From: a virus | IMG/VR virus record: IMGVR_UViG_3300025101_000026 | Location: 20 to 64,019 of that record | Reading direction: 5' to 3' (one strand) | DNA length: 64,000 nucleotides | Part shown: positions 11,101-19,096 of the stretch, piece by piece | Layout of the letters: each line of letters opens with the position of its first letter | Numbering within the stretch: position 1 is the first letter of the stretch | Translations under genes and position numbers: made by a program | Notes under the pieces: generated by a model | Told to the model about the DNA's origin: nothing | Databases searched by the model: none | The model's input: the letters and a program-made list of their open reading frames with translations, nothing else

Positions 11101-12318
11101 GGAACACGAAATTCTGAAATTACTTATTTTGTAAACGGAGCTGAGGTAGGAAGTACTGTTAACGGTCTAGATGATGAAGAAAATCCTAACTATAATCCTT
11201 CTAACCCTGCTACTGCATATAGTATACCTGCTGGTTATGTAGGAACTACTGTAGATTTTGAAGCAAGAGATAAGTACTCTTCGGTCTGTAGAATACTTCT
11301 TCAATTAAATTACGACTCTTGTCCTTTATTTGACCCTTCATTTTTACTTCCTGGAAGAGCATGGGCTACTGGATTGATTCCTCAAATAGAAACAGCTACA
11401 CCTCTTCAACCTGCTGTTTTTATAGCTCCTTTTACTTTCTCTGGGGTTACAACTACTACGACATTTAAATTTAGGTTAAGAGTAGTACATGCGTACAGGT
11501 TAGCTAACGGAACAGAAGTGAGTAATAGTTATCAAACTGAATTTGTAGATATTAACATTGACAATTGGAACGGTGTTACAGGTCTATCTAATGTACCTAA
11601 CAACTACTTCGATATTATAGCATCAGATGAATTTAACTTAAGTTGGTTATTCCCCGATCCTCCTCCTGCAGTAACTGGTAACTTCCCGTACGAGGAAGAT
11701 AAATATACTAGGTTTATACAATTTAAGGCTACTACTAGCGTTACATGTGATGCTTTGAGTAGATGGTACTTATTCGATAGTGCTGAAAAGTCTAAACGTG
11801 AAGTAGTAATGAAATTCTTTGGATCTCCAAATGGAGGTGCAATTAACGATTTTGCTTTAGGTAATATATGTACTATTGCTAACGATAAGACAGTATATGT
11901 AAATTTACCTATATCTCAACCTACTCCTGATCCTATAACTATAATTTTACAACCGTCTGATTTTCCAATTTTTGAAAATGGACTTGATGGTGATTCAACA
12001 CCAGCTGAATTCGGAGTATATGGAGCGGTAAATTCAAGTGATGGAGAAAATAGGGGTCGTAGATGGAATGTAGAAACAACTGTTGGCGGAGCACAGTTTG
12101 GAGCGTGGGATCAAGAAACTGCGTTTGACCCTAACTTCGGAGGTAACGAAGGTTATGATTTCACTGTAGTTAACGGTAAAATAATTTGCTCTGAGCCTGG
12201 CGGAGATACTTTTACAGAAGTAGGAGGTGACGATAACGACGTTGATAACCCAGGAGAAAGCGGGGTTGGTGGTCATGATAGTCAAAATCCTAATATAAGC
12301 TCAGGAAATTACGGATAA
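8116..12318 (+). CDS. Large baseplate wedge protein (gp7/P2 gpI-like core plus long C-terminal extension)
   Basis: MIAQHFDNLW...HNLPILLKSKGTERGLRALINCFGIP resembles the P2 gpI/gp7 KGT..G motif; follows gp6. Confidence 0.55.
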   Translation: MPKIEYNVFKVDPVGLARFKELPNESLENIIEPVEVAGSFISNEDFVELSYFTLDNVRVQTVADYRNYSVVSGERTSGAAGNAEISVDPLEDYKIFYGTTGEVKALYNFLRDPFLTNRVRQQFFFESISSDRKEARLLPVALDSLTVQQVGQRLNTRFFEEVYSVNLHLYPSENNFHSIVNVDIKPFRGTTSLILKFAEPLPQSYEVNNLTFIVEKIADSIAYEIETEVIPDEEVVPTLRGANFNVDVEEQNTEPSQYYNYNELFSFPVNNTNRELNSLFNEKGAELSIDYSSFSNFINFSSAEERLRNFRYKLDLINSYQSSLDNINDSTYTSAGISGSRNFYENLLNGVINNFDHFERHLYFESGSTSWPKLFSTPNGADKPYTNMASDEEAAISFYNTEIQSAVLYDSQNPDILTNTIPAFLKEDSNNEPYELFIHMIAQHFDNLWLYTDAVSKKYDADNRLDRGVSKDLVEDLLKNFGVKLYTSTKSAEDLFRYFTANSYVTDGEFLPSGITNSGEEPLSQNDYQKEIYKRIYHNLPILLKSKGTERGLRALINCFGIPSDVLKIKIFGGQSVNDLPYFGGEQAFTGSFDKVRLDNTGSIVPGDTISFYTSINKKDNKYTQDLHRVEVGFSPSDNMDNYIVSQSAVLFPNDPFNIDQYIGDPRSYPTNKYTELYYHAQTVLADVSEYNVKDFVRLIKFFDNVLFRMVRDFIPARAVTDAGIIIKPHLLERNKAKEPVMTWTRPEYTGSIKVITMSGSNAGAYQNIGFGSVATSTDSTVFDKESKTAYSRQVMTPLGLRPKIINSLSQVLVEKNFNEAKFDGELKNSYFRITNGELNDENPFKQITYPEVQYNTQFWTEIPPELCILSTENTEYIVTNPAQDLNLAAGVFIGDTPLYNFFVDGDTPNVNSFTHNFSDGSQYDVFNIVAEHINHPNIFNSASQEEGCRESRDVRIVSCFLGSVPTGNIPPIVTSNLPYNLYEIFFNPDDPNDPGTRNSEITYFVNGAEVGSTVNGLDDEENPNYNPSNPATAYSIPAGYVGTTVDFEARDKYSSVCRILLQLNYDSCPLFDPSFLLPGRAWATGLIPQIETATPLQPAVFIAPFTFSGVTTTTTFKFRLRVVHAYRLANGTEVSNSYQTEFVDINIDNWNGVTGLSNVPNNYFDIIASDEFNLSWLFPDPPPAVTGNFPYEEDKYTRFIQFKATTSVTCDALSRWYLFDSAEKSKREVVMKFFGSPNGGAINDFALGNICTIANDKTVYVNLPISQPTPDPITIILQPSDFPIFENGLDGDSTPAEFGVYGAVNSSDGENRGRRWNVETTVGGAQFGAWDQETAFDPNFGGNEGYDFTVVNGKIICSEPGGDTFTEVGGDDNDVDNPGESGVGGHDSQNPNISSGNYG

Positions 12319-12321
12319 AAA

Positions 12322-12329
12322 TATTTATA
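12322..12329 (+). promoter_or_regulatory. Putative late promoter TATTTATA
   Basis: Intergenic, 4 nt before ATG 12334. Confidence 0.55.
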
Positions 12330-12333
12330 AAAG

Positions 12334-13563
12334 ATGACAGTAGCAGAATTTTTATTATTACATACCTCAGGACCGTTGAACTTTTCCAATTGGATAAATG
12401 TTCTATATAACTCTGTAGGTATTAATCCCGATACAGGGCTAGAAGAAGGTAGGATAGATGCCATTACAGTAACTGCAAATGCTCTATCTTTTAACGGAGT
12501 AACTACCCAACCCGATATAGATTTATTAACAATTCTTCAACAAGTAGAAACAGTAAACTTAATATTTGATAATGTAAATTATACGTTTACGATTACAGCA
12601 GTAGATTTCATAGATGGGCAAAATGCATTTTTCTTTTTTCAAGTTACTTCTGATACTTTAGTACCTAATGTGAATGACGCTAGCTTGACTAATGCTCAAT
12701 ACAATACAGTAGTAAACTTAAACCCTATTTTATCTTCAGCCACATTTTTGAATTCTGATTACAATATTACAATAAATAACGGTACTGTATTAAGGGAACA
12801 TCCAAATAAACTTATTGCTGATAGAGAAGCTGGTTTTACGAACCCTTCTAACTTTTCAGCTATACTTAGTACTTCAGCTTCGAAAGCTAATTTGCAAGAA
12901 AGTTTCTATACTTCTACCGGTTTAACTAATGCTAGATACGAAGGTACTACAACTGACGCTGAAGATTTTGCAGGAGTACTACCAAGCTTTAGTGCAAGAG
13001 AATTTACTGGAGAAATACACCCTCCTAATGCTAATAGAGATTATGCATGCGGTATAGGATTAAATACTAATAGAGTTTTAGTTCCAATGTTGCATACAGG
13101 AAAAGCTACTAATCCTCTCTTTAGTTCTAGTTCTACTAATATTGAAACTTCTGATTTAATTAATTCTACACAAACTACAATAGAATATAATTTAATAAAT
13201 AATTTAACTGCTACTAATGCATCTTTAGTAGAAGTAGGAGACTTATTAAAGACCTCAGATTCAAATGAAATTTTAAAAGTAGTGCAGAATAATTTAGATA
13301 CTAAAATACTTCAAGTTAATAGAGGACATTTGCAAACAACTGCAGCACCTATTCAAGCTACTAGAACTATTGAAAAAATAGATAGAACCGATCTATTTAG
13401 ATTTGATCAGTTTGGTACTAATTTATCTACTGTAGGAGAAGCTATAGTATATGTACAGGAAAATAATTCTCTACTGAATACTGATGAATTTGGAACAGTA
13501 TTTAGTTCATCAATTTGTCCTGATCCTCTTCTATTAGGAATAGATAATCCAAATTCAAATTAA
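12334..13563 (+). CDS. Putative structural protein
   Basis: 409 aa, Thr/Asn-rich, TATTTATA 4 nt upstream, within the tail module. Confidence 0.5.
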   Translation: MTVAEFLLLHTSGPLNFSNWINVLYNSVGINPDTGLEEGRIDAITVTANALSFNGVTTQPDIDLLTILQQVETVNLIFDNVNYTFTITAVDFIDGQNAFFFFQVTSDTLVPNVNDASLTNAQYNTVVNLNPILSSATFLNSDYNITINNGTVLREHPNKLIADREAGFTNPSNFSAILSTSASKANLQESFYTSTGLTNARYEGTTTDAEDFAGVLPSFSAREFTGEIHPPNANRDYACGIGLNTNRVLVPMLHTGKATNPLFSSSSTNIETSDLINSTQTTIEYNLINNLTATNASLVEVGDLLKTSDSNEILKVVQNNLDTKILQVNRGHLQTTAAPIQATRTIEKIDRTDLFRFDQFGTNLSTVGEAIVYVQENNSLLNTDEFGTVFSSSICPDPLLLGIDNPNSN

Positions 13564-13581
13564 TAAAACATTAAAATAAGA

Positions 13582-13589
13582 TATTTATA
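13582..13589 (+). promoter_or_regulatory. Putative late promoter TATTTATA
   Basis: Intergenic, before ATG 13610. Confidence 0.55.
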
Positions 13590-13609
13590 TAAAAAGAAAA
13601 AAATAAAAA

Positions 13610-14269
13610 ATGGGATATTTAGATAATTCAATCGTAACAGTAGATGCAATTCTTACTAAAAAAGGAAGAGAATTGTTAGCTAGAGGAGATGGTTCCTTCA
13701 AGATTACTCAATTTGCTTTATCCGACGATGAAATTGACTATACTTTGTATAACCCTACTCATAATTTAGGGTCTCAATTTTACGGTCAAGCAATAGAAAA
13801 CTTACCTATGCTAGAAGCATTTCCAGATGAAACTCAGGTAATGAAATATAAACTTACTACCTTACCTAGAGGTACTGCAAAATTACCTATCCTAGATTTA
13901 GGATATACATCGATTAGACTAAAACAAGGAGCTTCTTTAGCAGTAACTCCACAGACTTTAAATTATTTAGGTTCATCCCAAACCTTCGAAGCTGGTGGTT
14001 ATGTAGCTACTTTAGCAGATGCTAGAGTATTACAGACTTATAATGGAGTAGGTATTAATACTCCTGAAGCTGAAAGATTAAATTCTACAACTACTTTAGG
14101 TACTAACGTTTCTAAAACAGTTATAGGTACATCTATAAATTTAACAGCAACAACTGTCAATACTTTATTTGGTACCCAAACTACATTACAAACAACACTT
14201 ACAGTTATAGGTAGAGATTCTGGAGCTAGAATTACTATACCGGTAACAATTGTAAAAGTAAATAATTAA
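13610..14269 (+). CDS. Tail/baseplate protein resembling the N-terminus of tail-collar fibre proteins
   Basis: VDAILTKKGRELLARG..SFKITQFALSDDEIDY matches the lT..G...la....IT..A.gD pattern of P2 gpH-type fibre N-termini. Confidence 0.5.
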   Translation: MGYLDNSIVTVDAILTKKGRELLARGDGSFKITQFALSDDEIDYTLYNPTHNLGSQFYGQAIENLPMLEAFPDETQVMKYKLTTLPRGTAKLPILDLGYTSIRLKQGASLAVTPQTLNYLGSSQTFEAGGYVATLADARVLQTYNGVGINTPEAERLNSTTTLGTNVSKTVIGTSINLTATTVNTLFGTQTTLQTTLTVIGRDSGARITIPVTIVKVNN

Positions 14270-14276
14270 TTAAGAT

Positions 14277-15293
14277 ATGTCATTTAAAAGATTAGATCCA
14301 GAAGATATTTCGATTAGTGCAGAATCAGTAGTTTCTCCAGCATGGACAGGAGGTAATGTCACTCTTTCTGAATTCCATCTCAACGCTAATCAAACAGCTA
14401 ATAACACAGGTAATTTTTATTTTGAAGTTTACCACCAAGCATCACCATCAAATACTACTGCAAGAGTACAATTTGCTTTAGCATACGGACATAAAAATGG
14501 ATTAGGTAGTATTCCTTATGATTCTAGTGAAGCAGGGAAATCTCCTTCATCTACTATTTACGGTCAATATAGAAATTTAGTATTTGGAGATGAAGAACAA
14601 GATTTTACTTTTCAAGGTCAAACGTCTGACGACATTTACGTTATAACTGTTGATAGAGCTAGATACAAAGAAAAACTATTTCCAGGTACTTTTAATTTAA
14701 AGTTAGTTAGTGGTTCAAATGTACTACACTTAACCGATAATAGTAACGATTTATCTACAGTATCGTATGTTGATGCCGGTAGAGTATTCGATGTAGTAAG
14801 CGGTTCTAACGGATCAGGTTACGGCTCTACTACCGGGTATAACACAGCTGGAGGTAGCTATGGAAAGTTTTTACCAGATGTAGGAATAATAATACTTAAC
14901 GGAACAGCTTTAAATTCTTCTACTGATGGTGTAGCTATACAAACTAACTTCGGTACAACTAATTCTGCAATAGGAATGAAAAATATGCAAAGAATCTTTA
15001 ATGTGATAGATGCTGGTGATGCATTTTCTTTGCAATCAGAAGAAACAGTTTCTTCTAACTTTGTTTTTGTACGAGTAAGAAACAGTGAATTTAACTACTC
15101 TACTAATCCATCTAACATTACCTCTTCAGGAGAATTACGTCACGATGTTATGATCAATACTCCTCAAGCGTATATAACAACAGTTGGATTATATAATGAT
15201 AATAACGATCTTTTAGGGGTAGCTAAACTTTCTAGGCCTTTACTTAAAGACTTTACTAAAGAAGCGTTAATCAGAATCAAACTTGATTATTAA
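14277..15293 (+). CDS. Tail/baseplate protein with fibre-attachment-type C-terminal motif
   Basis: Ends in YITTVGLYNDNNDLLGVAKLSRPLLKDFTKEALIRIKLDY. Confidence 0.55.
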   Translation: MSFKRLDPEDISISAESVVSPAWTGGNVTLSEFHLNANQTANNTGNFYFEVYHQASPSNTTARVQFALAYGHKNGLGSIPYDSSEAGKSPSSTIYGQYRNLVFGDEEQDFTFQGQTSDDIYVITVDRARYKEKLFPGTFNLKLVSGSNVLHLTDNSNDLSTVSYVDAGRVFDVVSGSNGSGYGSTTGYNTAGGSYGKFLPDVGIIILNGTALNSSTDGVAIQTNFGTTNSAIGMKNMQRIFNVIDAGDAFSLQSEETVSSNFVFVRVRNSEFNYSTNPSNITSSGELRHDVMINTPQAYITTVGLYNDNNDLLGVAKLSRPLLKDFTKEALIRIKLDY

Positions 15294-15296
15294 TGA

Positions 15297-16988
15297 ATGA
15301 GTGCTTACAAAAAATTAAACCAACAAGATTCGTATATATCAACTTATGTCTCCCGAAAGTCTTGGATAGCTAGCGGTAGTCAATATAGAGAGTTAGGTAT
15401 AAACAATATAGTTGGTCTTTCTGGTTCTAGAAATACTTATCTATATTCTGCAGATAATGTAACTGCAGGTAATGCTATAACAACAGCAAGTTCAGCTTTT
15501 AACAGAAGATTAATTTTCGATAGTGTTAACCACCTATACTATAACGAATTCAAAAACTCTGTTCTTATAACTTCTAGTTCATATGAAGCTTATTTACAAT
15601 CATCTTATGAAGTAAGCGGTTCAAGATATTTAAATACTAGAGTTGCTATTTTTTCTCTACCAAAAGAGATGTACGGAACTAATATAGAACCATTTTCAGT
15701 TTCTATAACTCCTGATTTTATTAACAGCGGTAGCGCTGAAACAGGTAGTTTTGACAACTACGTTCATAATAACTACTCTACTGAAGAAGGTATTAATTCT
15801 ATAGCAGCAGATAGAAATCTGTATATAGAAAATATAGAATTTTTATTTGGTTCAACTGGAGCTAATTGTAGTTTTGATCATCCTGATTATATAGAAAACG
15901 AATCGACTTATGTAGATGAAAGTAGTAATGAATATTTAGATACTACAGGTAATGCTAGAAACTGTAATGAAATATGCGACGATGGAGAAGGTAGATTATA
16001 CTTCAAATATTCTATACCTAGAGTTTACGTAGGTAATGTTATATATACTCACGGTCAAATTATAATTACTGATGAAATAGTAGCTATGTACTATAATCAC
16101 TATTTTGATGCAGTATTAAAATGGAAATCAAACCTACCTATATATACTCACAATTTTCACTGTAAACTTAAAAGTCATGAATTTAACTATAGTTTAAATA
16201 AAACAGCTTTTGAAACTACAGATGGAAAGCTATCAAATCTTCTTTCTGGCTCTAGTTTTGCACCCTACTTTACTACTGTAGGTTTATATAATGATGCTAA
16301 TGAACTAGTAGCTGTAGGAAAATTAGGTAGACCTACTCCTAAATCGACCGAAACTGATATGTCTGTTTTAGTTAAGTTAGACATGAATTTTGGCTCAGAT
16401 AGATTAATAGGAAGTAGAACAACAGAATTTATTGCATCTGATCCTGAGGAAGATAACGTAGTAGTTAATGAACCTCGTTGTATATATTATTTTACTTTTC
16501 GTAATTATTACTACAAAGGAAGCACTGGTACAAATCAATCTTTACACGGCTCTCCTTACTACCGTAAGAAATCACAAACTAAAAGAGTATTAAGGGACGA
16601 TGGAGATTATATACTTTATAGGAAAGCATCATCGACTACTGATATTTGTAAAAAATCTAATGATAACAGAAAAGTTTTTAATACTGAAAATTTTACAATA
16701 CTTCAAAGAAGTCCTAATTTTAAAGTAAAAAAAGGACTAACTAGTGTCTGTTATGTTGACGTAACAGTTGAAAAAGTAGATAATATAACGGATAATATTA
16801 ATGCAGACTTCAATGGTTTTGTTTTTGACTTTACACAAAAAGATGGTTCTCAATACAATGAAACCAGTAACGTAAATAATAGAACAAAACAATTTTTTAG
16901 AGATAAGATTACAAGCTATTTATTATCAAATAAAGCGCCTTGTACGTTTGAAGCATCGCAAGATGCAGTAAGTTGCTTGCCTTCATAG
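15297..16988 (+). CDS. Tail/baseplate protein, paralogue of the upstream gene with extra C-terminal domain; 3' end overlaps a group I intron
   Basis: Contains YFTTVGLYNDANELVAVGKLGRPTPKSTETDMSVLVKLD, followed by about 195 additional residues. Confidence 0.6.
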   Translation: MSAYKKLNQQDSYISTYVSRKSWIASGSQYRELGINNIVGLSGSRNTYLYSADNVTAGNAITTASSAFNRRLIFDSVNHLYYNEFKNSVLITSSSYEAYLQSSYEVSGSRYLNTRVAIFSLPKEMYGTNIEPFSVSITPDFINSGSAETGSFDNYVHNNYSTEEGINSIAADRNLYIENIEFLFGSTGANCSFDHPDYIENESTYVDESSNEYLDTTGNARNCNEICDDGEGRLYFKYSIPRVYVGNVIYTHGQIIITDEIVAMYYNHYFDAVLKWKSNLPIYTHNFHCKLKSHEFNYSLNKTAFETTDGKLSNLLSGSSFAPYFTTVGLYNDANELVAVGKLGRPTPKSTETDMSVLVKLDMNFGSDRLIGSRTTEFIASDPEEDNVVVNEPRCIYYFTFRNYYYKGSTGTNQSLHGSPYYRKKSQTKRVLRDDGDYILYRKASSTTDICKKSNDNRKVFNTENFTILQRSPNFKVKKGLTSVCYVDVTVEKVDNITDNINADFNGFVFDFTQKDGSQYNETSNVNNRTKQFFRDKITSYLLSNKAPCTFEASQDAVSCLPS

Positions 16989-17257
16989 CAAATATAAAGG
17001 TAAGTAGAATTGAAATATTGAATAAAAAGTCCAGATTAAACTGGGTGAATTGCTGGGAACTCTTTAGAGCTTTAACTACCGAAGCGTAACAATGTTAAAG
17101 ATTAGACAATCAGCAGCCAAGCTACAAGCCATCTTGTAGAAGGTTCAGAGACTACTGGAGGGAAAATGGCTTCCCTTAATAACCAGATTAGCGCCCAGCA
17201 GGAGTAATCCTGATGATATAGTCCGATCTTTATGGAGACATAAAGTTAACAGTAATG
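16978..17257 (+). ncRNA. Group I self-splicing intron (IA-like, no ORF); boundaries provisional
   Basis: P3 CTGGGTG 17041-47 / CGCCCAG 17192-98. P4 TGCTGG / TCAGCA. P5 extension CTTTAAC/GTTAAAG. P6a CTACAAG/CTTGTAG. P7 G-A(bulge)-GACTA 17148-54 / TAGTCC 17219-24. P7.1 CTGG..CCAG with inner AGGGAA/TTCCCT. P8 CAGGA-GTAA-TCCTG. P9 CTTTATG-GAGA-CATAAAG. Conserved P/Q/R/S elements AATTGCTGGGAAC, AATCAGCAG, GTTCAGAGACTA and GATATAGTCC are present. Confidence 0.9.
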
Positions 17258-17327
17258 AGTGTAGCGGTAACCTTAGGTAGGATAAAACAAGCACCACTGG
17301 ATTAACATTACATTAAAATAGATAATA

Positions 17328-19061
17328 ATGAGTAAACAAATAGTTCTTAGAGTCAACAAAGGATCCGCTCTTACTTATGATGAGATGGACAGAAACCAGT
17401 CTCAATTTTATTATTCGAGCTCTACGGATCCATCAGGAACTCAACTTCGATTACATTACTCAGGAAGTAATTCATTAAATGGATCGGGTGTTGACTATTC
17501 ACCTGGCTTTCATACTGTACAATTTCCTAGCGTAGATATTACTATTCCTGAAGCAGTAGCAGCAGGGGATAATACACAAGTCCAATACAACAAAAACGGA
17601 GCATTTGCTGCAGATAGTTTATTTACTTTCAACGAAGACAGTAACTTTTTAGGAATTGGTACAGGAGCTCCAACCTACAGATTACATTTAGAAGCTGACG
17701 AAACTAATAAAGCTGAAATTTACTTAAACGGTAAATCTACAGCCAATAGCAATTTAACTGTACCTTCTTTTGTATCATTTGCAGAAAATAATGACATACT
17801 GGGTAAAGTCGGTAGAATTAATACAAACGAAAAACATACATATTTAACCAATAATAATTTTTCACAAGGTAGTGATATATACGGGCAAGTAGTAATAGGC
17901 ATAACAGGTAATACCGGTGATGAATTAAATAGTGTAGCTAGTTTTGACTTTAGCGGTAATTTTCCAACTTTAGGAATAGGAACAGGTAATACAGTATTAG
18001 ACGGTGAAGCAAGAAATATATCAGTAGTAGGTTCGCGAGGAGTTGGATTCGGTACTTCTACTAACTATGGATTAGCTTCTTATATTAAACCTATACCAAC
18101 AGAATTAATTTCTCAAACTAATTCTGACGGTACTAGAAAATTTATTCCTAATTTAAGTACTGTTGATACTGATGGTCTATTAATATCTTCACCCGATGAC
18201 GCTGAAGGAGGTAATTTAATTTTAAATATTAATACCGATTCATTAAAGCATGAAGCGTTTAATATTATTCAATCAGTAAATAGAGATTATACTAATTCAG
18301 GTTTAATAGCTTCTTTTCCAGCTAGTGGTAAAGTAGGTATAAATACAAGTAATGCTGATGATGTAGGATTAACAGTATCTGGTATAGTATCTAGTTCAGG
18401 TAACTTTACAACTGAAGGTACTGCTACTATAGGTACTTTAGCAGCCGGTACATCTGATTCAACGAGTGCCCTAGTTGCTACTACAGCAGGACTAGTACAA
18501 AAAATAGCTGCAGCACCGGTACCTCTAGGAGGTATAATTATGTGGTCAGGCGCTCCAAACGCTGTTCCAGATGGATGGACATTATGTAATGGTTCAGGAG
18601 GAGCTAATGGTGTAACAGTACCTGATCTAAGAAATAAATTTGTAGTAGCTGCTGGTAGTTCAGGTGGAACCGCTACTACTAATATAGAAGGAACAGATCA
18701 ATCTAGTGGAGGAAGTAATACACATAATCATGGAGGCAGTACAGGAAATACTACATTAACCATATCACAACTACCTGCACATAGTCACGGTTATGATGAT
18801 GCATACTATGCTGAAGCTCGTAGTGGAGTTCAATATAACGTTAGAGGAGATGCTGATGGTGGTGGTACAGATGGTGATAATGAATTTTTCTGGAGAACTC
18901 GTGATAACGACGGACAACCCTTTGGAAATCCTCCAAGTGGAAATGACCAACCTTTAACTGAAACTACAGGAAGTGGTAACTCTCACAATCATTCAATAAC
19001 CAGTGTTAATAATATACCAGAGTATTATGCATTAGCATTTATAATTTACGTAGGAGCATAA
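17328..19061 (+). CDS. Tail fibre protein with C-terminal phage tail-collar domain
   Basis: VPLGGIIMWSGAPNAVPDGWTLCNG...VPDLRNKFVVAAG...LTISQLPAHSH...NIPEYYALAFII. N-terminus LRVNKGSALTYDEMD. Confidence 0.8.
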   Translation: MSKQIVLRVNKGSALTYDEMDRNQSQFYYSSSTDPSGTQLRLHYSGSNSLNGSGVDYSPGFHTVQFPSVDITIPEAVAAGDNTQVQYNKNGAFAADSLFTFNEDSNFLGIGTGAPTYRLHLEADETNKAEIYLNGKSTANSNLTVPSFVSFAENNDILGKVGRINTNEKHTYLTNNNFSQGSDIYGQVVIGITGNTGDELNSVASFDFSGNFPTLGIGTGNTVLDGEARNISVVGSRGVGFGTSTNYGLASYIKPIPTELISQTNSDGTRKFIPNLSTVDTDGLLISSPDDAEGGNLILNINTDSLKHEAFNIIQSVNRDYTNSGLIASFPASGKVGINTSNADDVGLTVSGIVSSSGNFTTEGTATIGTLAAGTSDSTSALVATTAGLVQKIAAAPVPLGGIIMWSGAPNAVPDGWTLCNGSGGANGVTVPDLRNKFVVAAGSSGGTATTNIEGTDQSSGGSNTHNHGGSTGNTTLTISQLPAHSHGYDDAYYAEARSGVQYNVRGDADGGGTDGDNEFFWRTRDNDGQPFGNPPSGNDQPLTETTGSGNSHNHSITSVNNIPEYYALAFIIYVGA

Positions 19062-19075
19062 AGAACAAGAAAAGA

Positions 19076-19083
19076 TATTTATA
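19076..19083 (+). promoter_or_regulatory. Putative late promoter TATTTATA
   Basis: Intergenic, before fibre gene ATG 19097. Confidence 0.55.
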
Positions 19084-19096
19084 ATAAAGATATAAA

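Noticed and set aside
16989-17327. Possibility that this gap encodes a tRNA or tRNA intron host
   Set aside because: No acceptor stem, T-loop (GTTCGA) or D-arm in the flanks; the flanks are protein-coding and A/T-rich sequence.
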